DNA of 64,000 nucleotides from an uncultured virus (IMG/VR IMGVR_UViG_2061766007_000638) (Duplodnaviria; Heunggongvirae; Uroviricota; Caudoviricetes): IMG/VR virus record IMGVR_UViG_2061766007_000638; one strand, 5' to 3'. Shown piece by piece: positions 53,543 to 63,751 of this stretch (position 1 is its first letter; each line of letters starts with the position of its first letter). The notes under the pieces were generated by a model. It saw only the letters and a program-made list of their open reading frames with translations, ran no database searches and was not told where the DNA came from. The position numbers and the translations under genes were made by a program.

Positions 53543-54544
53543 TTAATCCTCCATTTTTGCAAGCACGCTGTTCAAAAGCTGCTTGATTTTTTCTTTGTAG
53601 ATAGGTTCGTTATGCTGTGATGTAAACTCTGTAAGACGGTTCAACATATCGTATGTAGATGTAAGATAAATTTTAAATTTAAACTTGTCCTCGTCCATAG
53701 GCTCTGAGTTTACAGCGTCTGCAAGCTTTTTCTCGTACTCCTCACGCAACTCGTTAATTTCGGCTTGTTTTCTTGCTTCAAGCTCTCTGCGGTCTTGTAA
53801 GTACTGCCTATCCATTTCTTCGTTGCGTTTCATGTTCTCACGCTCTAATATGCGGATAGCCTCTTTAAGTTGCGGGTTATCATCGTCGATCGGTCGGTCA
53901 ATAACTGCAACCTCGGTAGGGCGGCTGCGGAGTTCTTTGTTCTCACGTTCAAGACGTGTAATTTCTTGCTCTTTGCTTCGCAGTTTTTCTAAAGCCTTGT
54001 TCGCTCTGTCTCTCTCCGAGCAGGTTTTAATGCTCTCGGTTTTAAGCGTTTTTTGAGCTTCTCTAAGGTCTGAGCGTGCCTCTTCTGCATTTGCTGTCTC
54101 TGCTTTAAGCTTTGCGTCAAGCTTGTTGTTATCCTTTTTCAGCTTGTCGATCTCGGCTCTTAGTTCTTTAACCGTTGTTTCTTCAATGTTAACTTTTTCG
54201 GAGATTTCCTGCTGTTCGGATTCGCTTATCGTAGACAAAAGGTAGAGTTTTGACACTCCAATTTGTAAACTCGAGTTTACATTTTCAAGCTTAACATTCT
54301 CGACAATGGCTATGTATTTATGTGCTTGCATGCGACTGAATCCAACTTCATTCTCGCAATAGTCCTCGAAATTCTGATAGCCTAACACCTTGTACAGCTT
54401 ACCATCCCGCATTTCTTTCAGCTTCGTACACATAGTCCAGATACTTTTCTGTGCATTGTCTGCACTTATGAGTATTTCTTGATTTAGCTTGACAGCCTTT
54501 TCAAGCTGATTTAAGCTTAATTCTGTTTTCTCGTTCTCCGGCAT
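53543..54544 (-). CDS. DUF3102-like protein
   Basis: MRDGKLYKVLGYQNFEDYCENE. Confidence 0.75.
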   Translation of the reverse strand: MPENEKTELSLNQLEKAVKLNQEILISADNAQKSIWTMCTKLKEMRDGKLYKVLGYQNFEDYCENEVGFSRMQAHKYIAIVENVKLENVNSSLQIGVSKLYLLSTISESEQQEISEKVNIEETTVKELRAEIDKLKKDNNKLDAKLKAETANAEEARSDLREAQKTLKTESIKTCSERDRANKALEKLRSKEQEITRLERENKELRSRPTEVAVIDRPIDDDNPQLKEAIRILERENMKRNEEMDRQYLQDRRELEARKQAEINELREEYEKKLADAVNSEPMDEDKFKFKIYLTSTYDMLNRLTEFTSQHNEPIYKEKIKQLLNSVLAKMED

Positions 54545-55814
54545 TCTTTAGTTCCTCCAAATATCTTTTATATTCTTTCTCAAAAGCCTTTACTTCTTCG
54601 GGCTTTGAGGTTTTTCGATCGTTGCGGTATCCTCGGCACTGTATGATGTCGCAATCCGTGCCTACCTCAATCGTATAGTACGGTGTGTCGGGATCTGCTT
54701 TTTTGCGAATAAAAAAGATGTTTGTAGATCCCTTTGCGTGACGTTCGCAATAACCTCCGACACAATGGCAGAGTGCTTTCCCCTCAGCAACTATTTCATC
54801 TAAGCTGTTGGGCTGACGAAGAAATAAATCTCCATTCTCAAACTCAAAAGCTTTGCGACCTTCATAATTTTCTTTAAAGTGCCGCTGAGTGATCTCGTTT
54901 GATTTTTGCTCAATCGTTGCCGATAGCCTTTCATGCACTGTATAAAAATCATGTGGCATACTTATAGCTGTATCGTGCATATCGTATTCCAGCTTTTTGC
55001 ATTGTCTTGCATAGTCGTTATAGTCGCTTAATAAAATATCGTTATCATACATATAACGTGCAAGCCGTTTTGCTTTCAGTCCTGTACATTTTTCGTACCA
55101 TTGAATAGTACCTATTTGAAAGCCGAAAATCTTTGCAATAGCAATGTTCTCTTCCGGTTTGTATTTCGGAAATGCTGAACGAACATTAATATATTGTGAA
55201 TAAATACCTTCCTGACCTTGCAGCAGCTTAAATTCTGTTCGGTTAAGGTGCAGCATTTTCAAAAGATTGTTGCTTTTCCAGTCAATATCCTCGTCAATTT
55301 TTAAATACTCGGTTCTGCCCCAATATCCTGTACACACCTCGGTAATAATACCGCTGTATCCTGCTTTGACTATATACTCTAAATTTTTGTGTCGGCAATA
55401 CAAGGCAAGATATGATATTGGCAGATGTTCACCTATTGAAAGCTGACTGTATTTCATATCGCTTTTTCCTACGGCATCAAAACCAAGGATACAGTACGAA
55501 TTGTCAAAAGTATATCCATATGTTCCCTGACAGAAAACAGGTTCTCGAAATCGTGATGCTATTCTCCAACCTGTATATTCATCATAAATGTATCTCACAT
55601 AACCGTCCTTTGCGAACACATAACGCTGACGTTCTATCAACTTTCCACCTCTGCTGTATCGGTGATAACAACGTACAAAAAGCTCTTTGCCTTCGGTAAG
55701 GAACACACAATAATTAGCCGCACCTTTGCCCTGCATATCCTCATAAAATTTATCGGGGAGTATTGGAAATTGACATAACAGTTCTTCTTTACGTTTCTGT
55801 CGCATAGCTGTCAC
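54501..55814 (-). CDS. PcfJ domain protein
   Basis: DYNDY...MPHDF...H; EGKALCHCVGGY...IFFIRK...PYYTIEV...IQCRG. Confidence 0.88.
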   Translation of the reverse strand: MTAMRQKRKEELLCQFPILPDKFYEDMQGKGAANYCVFLTEGKELFVRCYHRYSRGGKLIERQRYVFAKDGYVRYIYDEYTGWRIASRFREPVFCQGTYGYTFDNSYCILGFDAVGKSDMKYSQLSIGEHLPISYLALYCRHKNLEYIVKAGYSGIITEVCTGYWGRTEYLKIDEDIDWKSNNLLKMLHLNRTEFKLLQGQEGIYSQYINVRSAFPKYKPEENIAIAKIFGFQIGTIQWYEKCTGLKAKRLARYMYDNDILLSDYNDYARQCKKLEYDMHDTAISMPHDFYTVHERLSATIEQKSNEITQRHFKENYEGRKAFEFENGDLFLRQPNSLDEIVAEGKALCHCVGGYCERHAKGSTNIFFIRKKADPDTPYYTIEVGTDCDIIQCRGYRNDRKTSKPEEVKAFEKEYKRYLEELKNAGERENRIKLKSA

Positions 55815-56276
55815 CTACCAATCAAGCAGACTATCAAGTGATAGGCTTATAGTGTCATTAGGCTTTTCAGGTGCAAGAGCAGGCGGTTCTTCGGTTTCAT
55901 ACTCCGACATACGGATAAGCATTTTATACTCAACGACTGCACCGGGAAAGTAATACTGCACTGCTTTTGTAAAAACGTCAAAGTCGGATATTGAACTTCC
56001 TACGCCTTTTACTATCTCGCTCAAACATTTGTCAAAGGTCTTGTCACTCTCAATGACCGCCCTTGCAAATTCCTCTGATTGATCGCAGAATTGCTTTAAC
56101 GCTGTTGCGGTCGCAATCTCAATAGCTTTCGCCTTATTATTGAGTTTTGCTTCTGTTGAGGTCTTGATTTTTTCTTTTGCCTGCTGTATAATAGTAGGTG
56201 AAATTTTATCCATGCTTTCCGCTGACGGTGTTGCTGCACCGCCGGCGGATTTTTCTTTATTCAGCATTAATACCAT
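55815..56276 (-). CDS. PcfK-like protein
   Basis: FARAV...KTFDKCL...SDFDVF..AVQYYF; upstream of PcfJ. Confidence 0.6.
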   Translation of the reverse strand: MVLMLNKEKSAGGAATPSAESMDKISPTIIQQAKEKIKTSTEAKLNNKAKAIEIATATALKQFCDQSEEFARAVIESDKTFDKCLSEIVKGVGSSISDFDVFTKAVQYYFPGAVVEYKMLIRMSEYETEEPPALAPEKPNDTISLSLDSLLDW

Positions 56277-56565
56277 TCCTCTCTTTCTGCTGTTTTTTTA
56301 CGAACACAGCCGTCACAATACCACTTTTCTGTATAACCGTTGTAGTAGCACTCTTCGCCCTCGTATATCTCGCCGCCGCAAGAATCGCAGTGATACAAGG
56401 GTAATTCGTCACCCGGTGTGTAGTTGTCGTATGCTGTTTGCGCAGCGTCTAATCCCTTTATTTCGTAGCTCATATTGACATCCTTTCTTTTTTTCTGATA
56501 ATATTTTAGTATGATTTATTTTGTTTCCGTCCTCGTAAAGTTGCCGCTTTCGAGGGCGGGTTTTT

Positions 56566-57672
56566 TTATACGTTCGCTGTCTTCTTTTTGGCTTTTTCTT
56601 CGGCTTTCCTTTGCTCTTTATAGGCATTGTATGCCTGCCTATATCTGTAAGAATCCCCGAAAATGTTCCACGCAGCTTTTACAACATTCGGTTCATACGG
56701 CTTAATCTTCTCCAAATCGTCAACAGCCTTGTAAGATATGGGGCAGCCGCAACAGCCTGTTCTTGTCAGTCCATAGACTTCGTATGCGTCCGAATATCTT
56801 ATGTTGTAGTACTCTTTGTACCACGCCTTGTCTTTATCTGTAACATAGTACAACGGTCTAAGTCGGTGCTTTCCGTCTGACTGCTCATAAAAGCACATGG
56901 TATTTGTTTGATACCACTCTTCGGATCTCGGGACTGACCTCATACCGCCTTCGTCTTGTCTTTCACCTGTGATTATCAAGTCATAAGGCTTCTGAACTCT
57001 GTGCGCAACCTGTTTCTTGCAATAATCGCAACATTTAGCGGAAATTTGGAACTTCGGAGGGTTTTCTTTGATAAAATCACGCATGTATTTTGATGAATTT
57101 ATAACTAACTGTATGTTCGGTCTCGGTTCACCGTCTTTGTTGCAGCAACACAAAAAGTTGATTGTCGTTTCGCACTTCGGATAGCGTTCTTTTAGCTCCT
57201 TGCGTTTTGCAGTCTTGTCTTCTGCTTGTTCATATTCATCGGCTATAGATAGCGGAATACCTTTTTTCTGCCAACCCTCTAAACCTGCCGACATGATCTT
57301 CGATACAAATGGCTGACCGTGTTCTCTTGTAGCTTTTACAATGTTTACCTCTGGTCGGACTTCTTTAATCTCAACACCGTATTTCTCAGCGACTTCTTTG
57401 ACGTGCCTTTTTGTTGCGTCCATTTCAAGTCCCGTATTAAAAAACACATACTTAACAGGCTGTATTGACGGAAACATTTTTCGGGTTCGTTCGATCAAAT
57501 CAATCATTATATCGCTGTCAGATCCGCCGCTGTATGAACATATCGCATTTGGATATTGTTTTAGACGTGTGCAAATAATGCCCATTAATGCCTGAATTTT
57601 TGCGGGTGGGTCATTGTCTGCATATGAAGGACGCTCTGTGTATACTCTGCTTCGATACTCTTTCTGTCGCAT
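56566..57672 (-). CDS. PAPS-reductase-like PP-loop protein
   Basis: SYSGGSDS, FFNTGLE, KCCDYCKK, TGER..EGG.R, RTGCCGCP; allele fragment at 28374-28522. Confidence 0.88.
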   Translation of the reverse strand: MRQKEYRSRVYTERPSYADNDPPAKIQALMGIICTRLKQYPNAICSYSGGSDSDIMIDLIERTRKMFPSIQPVKYVFFNTGLEMDATKRHVKEVAEKYGVEIKEVRPEVNIVKATREHGQPFVSKIMSAGLEGWQKKGIPLSIADEYEQAEDKTAKRKELKERYPKCETTINFLCCCNKDGEPRPNIQLVINSSKYMRDFIKENPPKFQISAKCCDYCKKQVAHRVQKPYDLIITGERQDEGGMRSVPRSEEWYQTNTMCFYEQSDGKHRLRPLYYVTDKDKAWYKEYYNIRYSDAYEVYGLTRTGCCGCPISYKAVDDLEKIKPYEPNVVKAAWNIFGDSYRYRQAYNAYKEQRKAEEKAKKKTANV

Positions 57673-58073
57673 TTTAACTCCACCTTTCAGTTCATATCCA
57701 CGCTACCCAGCATATACGGCTTATCGTCATAGCTTTCCGTACCCTGCAGGGCAAGGCTTACAAGCTGTTTAGCCTTGTATGCGTCTTTGCTGTCTGTAAG
57801 GCTTACGGTTATTGCCGTTTTGCCGTCTGCTGTTCTCAGCTGTACAAAACCTTCCGGTTTGCGTTCGCTTTCAGGCGGTGTGATCCACGTCTGTTTTATC
57901 TTTTTCAAGCCGTTTACAATTCTTTCTAATAGGTTCATTTTTAATCTTCCTTTCCTTATACTCACATTTCGGACAGATGTACACGGGGTAGATGTCTTTT
58001 ATGCTTACGTTCCACTCCAAGCCGCATTTACGGCAGATACGATACCGGCAGCCGGGGCGGCGGCTTGTCTGCT

Positions 58074-58310
58074 TCACTCTTTCAGCACCCCCGAAGCAAA
58101 AGGAAGCGTGCCGTTCTTCCAAGCGATAAGACCGCCCGGGCTGATGATGAACATTGACTTTGTACTGTCAACCGACACGCCGATAAACGGCATTTTTCCA
58201 CTTTTAATAGCATTTCTCAGCCTTTCGGCGTATACGCCGAGATAGTCGGCCGCAACGTCAATAGGCACATTGTCGTATGCTTTGATGTCGTTCTCTGTGT
58301 ATTTTGTCAT
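58074..58310 (-). CDS. Excisionase-like/HTH DNA-binding protein
   Basis: VPIDVAADYLGV...LRNAIKSG..PF.G. Confidence 0.6.
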   Translation of the reverse strand: MTKYTENDIKAYDNVPIDVAADYLGVYAERLRNAIKSGKMPFIGVSVDSTKSMFIISPGGLIAWKNGTLPFASGVLKE

Positions 58311-59016
58311 TTTTTATTCCTCCTTTTTTTCAAATCCAAAAAGGATATTCGGCGTAACGTCCAGAGCATAGCAGATTGGATTGACGTATTCAGCTTTAAA
58401 AGTTTTACGACCGTTCAAAAGGGCACTAAACTCTTTGTCTTTAAAGCCTGCTTTCTCCGCTATTACATACTGTTTATATCCNNNNNNNNNNNNNNNNNNN
58501 NNNNNNNNNNNNNNNNNNNNNNNNNNNNNNNNNNNNNNNNNNNNNNNNNNNNNNNNNNNNNNNNNNNNNNNNNNNNNNNNNNNNNNNNNNNNNNNNNNNN
58601 NNNNNNNNNNNNNNNNNNNNNNNNNNNNNNNNNNNNNNNNNNNNNNNNNNNNNNNNNNNNNNNNNNNNNNNNNNNNNNNNNNNNNNNNNNNNNNNNNNNN
58701 NNNNNNNNNNNNNNNNNNNNNNNNNNNNNNNNNNNNNNNNNNNNNNNNNNNNNNNNNNNNNNNNNNNNNNNNNNNNNNNNNNNNNNNNNNNNNNNNNNNN
58801 NNNNNNNNNNNNNNNNNNNNNNNNNNNNNNNNNNNNNNNNNNNNNNNNNNNNNNNNNNNNNNNNNNNNNNNNNNGTTGGCTTGTTCCCTACATTTTTAAC
58901 GCATTTGTAGTAAAACTGTAGTAACCGTTTATATTAAACAAAACAGGCGATTTTAATTCCCGAAGTCAGAACGGATCGCCTGTTGTCAATCTACACAAAA
59001 ATCCGTCTGATAATTT

Positions 59017-59070
59017 TACACTCAATGAGTGTATTTTATTATTGACATTTACACCCGTTGAGTGTATAAT
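59017..59070 (+). promoter_or_regulatory. Consensus promoter with two palindromic operators
   Basis: TTGACA(59042)-17-TATAAT(59065); TACACTCAATGAGTGTA (59017-59033) and TACACCCGTTGAGTGTA (59050-59066). Confidence 0.85.
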
Positions 59071-59119
59071 ATAATCAAGAAGGAAAGGAAAATCCAAAAC
59101 ACCAGAAAGGAATAATATA

Positions 59120-59809
59120 ATGGAAAAATTTGAAGAATATAGAAATTTGTACGAAAAGGCTACACAGGAACGTCCCGACATCTTTAAGATGAACACTGGC
59201 ATAGCAATGATTAAGCATATGTCGTGGTGCGACAAAGACTACACAGTATCTATTAACAGAGTTCTTTCTAAGTTTCCCACAAAAGAGGAGGCTGAGGAAT
59301 TTATCTTTTCCAAGGGCTATATAATTCCTTGCCCAAGCATGTCAGGATACGAGAAAAAATTCATGAATGCTGAAATCAGAGCAGAATATGAAAAAGCACA
59401 ACAAACTATCGAGGAAATCGAAAAAGCAACAGTTGAATTGACAAACATCATTTTCGATATAGTTAAATCGACAGGCAAAAAGACATATATTAGATATGGA
59501 CTGATTCCCGAAAACGGAAAAAGTTACAACTTCAGAGAAAACATTTCAGAGGACGGCGTATCGTGCTTTGAAGCATACAAGCTTGGAAAAGACTACATAA
59601 TAGATATAGCAGGAGGATATTTCACATTTTTGGGATACGCTGGCAGCAAAACAGCTTATGAAATAACTGGCGAGGAGCTATTAGGAAAAGGCAGTGACGG
59701 AGAGCCGTTACTGAAAGATGCGAAAATAATAAAAAAGATAAAAAAAACAAACGGAATCTACGACATAAAAAGTTGGATCCCGACAGTTTTTGAAAAGGAA
59801 GAAAACTGA
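59120..59809 (+). CDS. Accessory protein with a possible ADP-ribosyltransferase-like C-terminal domain
   Basis: AAGGA RBS; YIRYG...GVSCF...GSDGEPLL; function is inference. Confidence 0.55.
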   Translation: MEKFEEYRNLYEKATQERPDIFKMNTGIAMIKHMSWCDKDYTVSINRVLSKFPTKEEAEEFIFSKGYIIPCPSMSGYEKKFMNAEIRAEYEKAQQTIEEIEKATVELTNIIFDIVKSTGKKTYIRYGLIPENGKSYNFRENISEDGVSCFEAYKLGKDYIIDIAGGYFTFLGYAGSKTAYEITGEELLGKGSDGEPLLKDAKIIKKIKKTNGIYDIKSWIPTVFEKEEN

Positions 59810-60159
59810 TGAAAATTAAATATCAAAGATTTAAAGAAATAGTAACAGAAGCAGAAGCACAGCCCGATCAGGCTGTGTTCCTCGCAGAGTACGGGGTTCC
59901 GGAATGGATCCTAACTGAAGTTACAAACGATGAAGAAAAAGCGGTCGAAATGATCAAAAACATACATCATATAACACATATAACAGCAAAAAATCTGATC
60001 ACTGAAAGCGGTATGTCGCAAACAAAATTTGCCGCAAGATTTATGATACCACTACGCACCGTACAAAATTGGTGCGGTGGACAGAGAGCTATGCGAAAAT
60101 ACGAAAAATTCATGTTTGCACTGATTCTCGGTTTTTTCGGTGATTTAAAAATAGTCTAA
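59809..60159 (+). CDS. HTH repressor (Aca-like)
   Basis: GMSQTKFAARFMIPLRTVQNWCGGQR HTH; coupled TGATG junction. Confidence 0.75.
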   Translation: MKIKYQRFKEIVTEAEAQPDQAVFLAEYGVPEWILTEVTNDEEKAVEMIKNIHHITHITAKNLITESGMSQTKFAARFMIPLRTVQNWCGGQRAMRKYEKFMFALILGFFGDLKIV

Positions 60160-60206
60160 AAAACAGCCACACAAACACCAATCAAGGCGATGTGTGGCTG
60201 TTTTTT
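60160..60206. terminator. Bidirectional terminator
   Basis: AAAACAGCCACACA...TGTGTGGCTGTTTT between convergent genes. Confidence 0.8.
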
Positions 60207-60642
60207 AATCGTCTTTATCGATTTTGTTTTTCGATCCTCTCAAAAGCTTGACTATCCACCTCGGCATAATGTCGGGGTTTATAGCTAACAAATTTTCGCT
60301 GATACTGATCGATTCCGTCAAGATTATGTATGCACAGATTATCAACGCAAACGGCATATCGATGCCAAGCTCCACACCCGCACGAAGCAGAACGGTTACA
60401 GCAGCAAAGTCAAGAAAAATACCGAAAAGCAATGCGACAAAAAAGGCAATTTTCTTCCAAAATCCTTTAGTTGCCTTTTCGCTTGACAGTCTCTCCCCCG
60501 TTGCCTTGACCTTGACTAAACCTGTGATGACATCGAACACAACAGCCAATGCAACGAGAATCAAAAATAAACCGTACTGCCCGAAAAAGGTCGCTATACT
60601 GCCTAATACAACGCTGTAGAGCCATTTTGTAATGTTGTTCAT
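60205..60642 (-). CDS. Holin (4_1 family)
   Basis: DVITG...SS....KGFWKK...ESISISENL. Confidence 0.88.
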   Translation of the reverse strand: MNNITKWLYSVVLGSIATFFGQYGLFLILVALAVVFDVITGLVKVKATGERLSSEKATKGFWKKIAFFVALLFGIFLDFAAVTVLLRAGVELGIDMPFALIICAYIILTESISISENLLAINPDIMPRWIVKLLRGSKNKIDKDD

Positions 60643-60746
60643 ATAATTTTACCTCTTTTAAAATAACGCTGAAATCAGCCATTTAAGGCGGCTTCATTAA
60701 GTTTTTCAATAATCGCTTTTTCACGTTCTGAAAGTTGCCAAATTAT

Positions 60747-60821
60747 TGCTTTCTCCCGTTCTGCTTTCTCCCGTTCTGCTTTCTCCCGTTCTGCTTTCTC
60801 CCGCTCGGCTTTTACTCGTTC
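60747..60821. repeat. 15-bp coding tandem repeat (EREKA), 5 units
   Basis: TGCTTTCTCCCGTTC repeats; a 4-unit variant lies at 62384-62443. Confidence 0.9.
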
Positions 60822-61820
60822 TGATACCAACCAGCCACAACCATACACGATTTTTTTACACTTTCGCTGTGCGTCTAAAGCCGGTACTCTCTCGCTTTCG
60901 GNNNNNNNNNNGACGGCTTCTATATCCTTGGTGTCTTTTTGTGCATCTTCAAGCACTTCTATTTGAGATAATAGTTTTTCTCTATAGCCTGTCCAATCTT
61001 TCGGGTTATATGCAGGGGCTGCATATCTTGCCGCCTCTATTCTATCCTGCTCTGATTGCTTTACTGTATATTCTTCAAGTGACATACCCATATTATAAAA
61101 ATCTCCTTTCGGGTATAGAAATACCGCCTTGATTGCTTAGGGCGGTTTGTGCTTCTTCTATTCTCTTTTTTGCAATCTCAAAATAATGNNNNNNNNNNGC
61201 CCATGTTTCCACCTCTTTTTAATCGCTGTCGGGTTTATTATAATAACATCTTCCGTTATAGAACGCTCCGCACTCATTCTGCTTGCATTCCATGTACTTA
61301 TAAAACGTTCTTGTGACTGTTGCTCCGTNNNNNNNNNNCCTTAAACAATGTCAACAAATTCAGCATTAACATGACAATACTTGTTACTTGTCGGTATTAG
61401 AATTTTGTAACAAGGAATTTTAGACAAGGAAAGTGCAGCAATAATTTCAACCTCTGTACCTTTTGGGATTACTGCTAGTTTTCCTGCTCTTTCACCGTTA
61501 GTGAATAGGTCATGATTTATAATTCCTTTCATAGCACACCTCCATTTCTCACCTACTTTCAATCGTTGTCGGGTTTATTATAGTAACATCTGCCGTTGTA
61601 GAACGCTCCGCAGTCTTCCTGTTTGCATTCCATATATTTATAAACTGTTCTTGTGACTGTTGCTCCGTCCGTGAGAGTTTGATTTTCATCGGGGTTTTGC
61701 TGCCAATGCTGAATTTGTGTTTCACAGCGGAGATTGTAGGGGCAAATCATAAGATGTCACCTCTTTTCGGGTATAAAAATGCCGCCTTGATTTCGCAATG
61801 TTCTAAATCAAAAGCGGTAA

Positions 61821-62012
61821 TTATTCGTTATTTGTGCCGAGTACGTTTCTTTCAATTCTGTCCTCAACTCTGCGATTCAGCCACATAAGAGCATCTTCAA
61901 TATGAGTGAGTGCAATTGCATTTTCTCTTGTAGCAAATTCGCCGCTTTGAAAACCTTTAAGACGGTCACGAACGATTTCAAGTAAATCTGTATCGAGTAC
62001 ACCGTGAACATT
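61821..62012 (-). CDS. tad1: Tad1 (Thoeris anti-defence sponge), C-terminal half; N-terminus lost in gap
   Basis: My translation: [63 protein letters not shown], matching the clostridial Tad1 C-terminus as I recall it. Confidence 0.85.
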   Translation of the reverse strand, partial: NVHGVLDTDLLEIVRDRLKGFQSGEFATRENAIALTHIEDALMWLNRRVEDRIERNVLGTNNE

Positions 62013-62302
62013 NNNNNNNNNNTTTCTTCTTCAACATACTTCATGTATTTTTTAAACTGTTTTGGGGTAGGTCTGCCATAAATTTTTTCTAATGCAAGAC
62101 CTGATGTTCTCAGCTGGTCGGCTTCAAAAAACAAGTAATCAAAAGCTTTAAGAATTACTTTGTCAGTTTCNNNNNNNNNNGTCAGAAAACTTTCTTGCAC
62201 CGTTTTGAAATTGAATGATTGTAACATCACTCTGCGAAAAATCGTTTGTTTCTCCGAGCGGGCAATCAATCTCATATCTGTGATTAGCTCCANNNNNNNN
62301 NN

Positions 62303-63124
62303 GCTTTCGGGTATAGAAATACCGTCTTGATTGCTCAGGGCGGTTATAATTTCTTTTTCTCTTTCGCTAAGCTCCCATCGCAAGGCTTTCTCTCGTTCTG
62401 CTTTTACTCGTTCTGCTTTCTCTCGTTCTGCTTTTACTCGTTCTGATACCAACCAGCCACAACCATACACGGCTTTTTTACACTTTCGCTGTGCGTCTAA
62501 AGCCGGTACTCTCTCGCTTTCGGAGCGTGGTATAACAAAATCAATCCCGTATTTTGAAAAAGGATAAATAGCCGCTGTTGTTACAAGCTCCATTGGGTAG
62601 CTGTACTTTGGTAAGCTTTTTTTATCTTTCTGTTTGTTTATTTTGTTAGCTTCATCTACAGCTTTGTATAATGTTGGTGGTGTTCTCACTCTTATTTCGT
62701 GTGGTTCAAGATTAGTTGCAAATGATGTGTTAACTACAGCACCGTTTTCATACTCAATTGAAACACCGATTGGCATTACCGTACATATATCACCATATCG
62801 ACAGAGTGTAAGAGTTGGGGCAAACAAAAAGAATTTTATTTTCTTGTCTACATAAAATTTAATTATCTGTGAGAGTATTGAAAACGGAGGATTGTCAACA
62901 ACAATTTTGCCCGTATAATCGAAATGCTCGTAATCGCCGCCCGGGTAAAAAGGACGAACAAAATCAGCTTTGTTTAAATGGTATTCCTGTGTTACCCACT
63001 CAGAAATAGCATTGTAGACAATTTCGGGAGTATAACAATCGTCCGTTGTTTTCTTAGGCTTGAATTTTCCCACAAAGGCTTCGTAATCTTCAAACTTTTC
63101 TTTGTTTTGGCTGTTTGCTGCCAT
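62303..63124 (-). CDS. Small N6-adenine methyltransferase-like protein (alleles at 63164-63449 and 60675-60901)
   Basis: KKTTDDCYTP, RPFYPGGDY, VVDNPPFS motif IV. Confidence 0.7.
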
Positions 63125-63538
63125 TGGTTCACCTCCAAAGTGGTATAAGAATACNNNNNNNNNNATCATGATCGACATAAAATTTTATTATTTTCATCAA
63201 TATTGAAAAAGGCGGATTGTCAACAACAATTTTGCTCGAATAATCAAAATGCTCATAATCTCCACCCGGATAAAAAGGACGAACAAAATCAGCTTTGTTC
63301 AAATGATATTCATTCGCTACCCAATCAGCAATAGCATTGTAAACAATTTCAGGAGTATAACAATCATCTGTTGTTTTCTTCGGCTTGAATTTTTCTACAA
63401 AACCGTCATAATCTTCAAATTTTTCTTTATTTTGACTTGTTACCCCCATAATTCACCCCATCAGCCTATTAACCTCAGCCTGCACTTCTGTGTAGTCATA
63501 CCCCACCGCCGTAAGCCGTCTTTTGCGTNNNNNNNNNN

Positions 63539-63751
63539 TGATAACAAAATAATATTTTCAAACGAAACATCATTTCCATTTTTAATATAATGAATTACCA
63601 TTTGATTTTCTTCGTCATTTTTTAAATCATTAAGTACACCTAATATAAACTCCGGATCTTTAGAAATATCTTCGAGTAATTTAGAAAGTTCCAAGGCTTT
63701 ATCACTACGCAATTTCCCGTTAAGAAAGTAGCAATAATCAGGATATGTCAT
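63539..63751 (-). CDS. Putative immunity protein (gap-truncated)
   Basis: Small acidic ORF with ATGA overlap to the upstream ORF. Confidence 0.5.

Larger units (their letters stand above)
44706..58481 (-). mobile_element. Early/replication module of a second related phage, inverted
   Basis: Homologues of phage 1 replication genes in a different order, on the minus strand. Confidence 0.88.

Noticed and set aside
29244..58481. Large inverted duplication within one genome
   Set aside because: The two replication modules are diverged, differ in gene order and are separated by long gaps; two phages is the simpler reading.
60747..60821. CRISPR array
   Set aside because: Contiguous 15-bp in-frame coding repeats without spacers; no cas genes.
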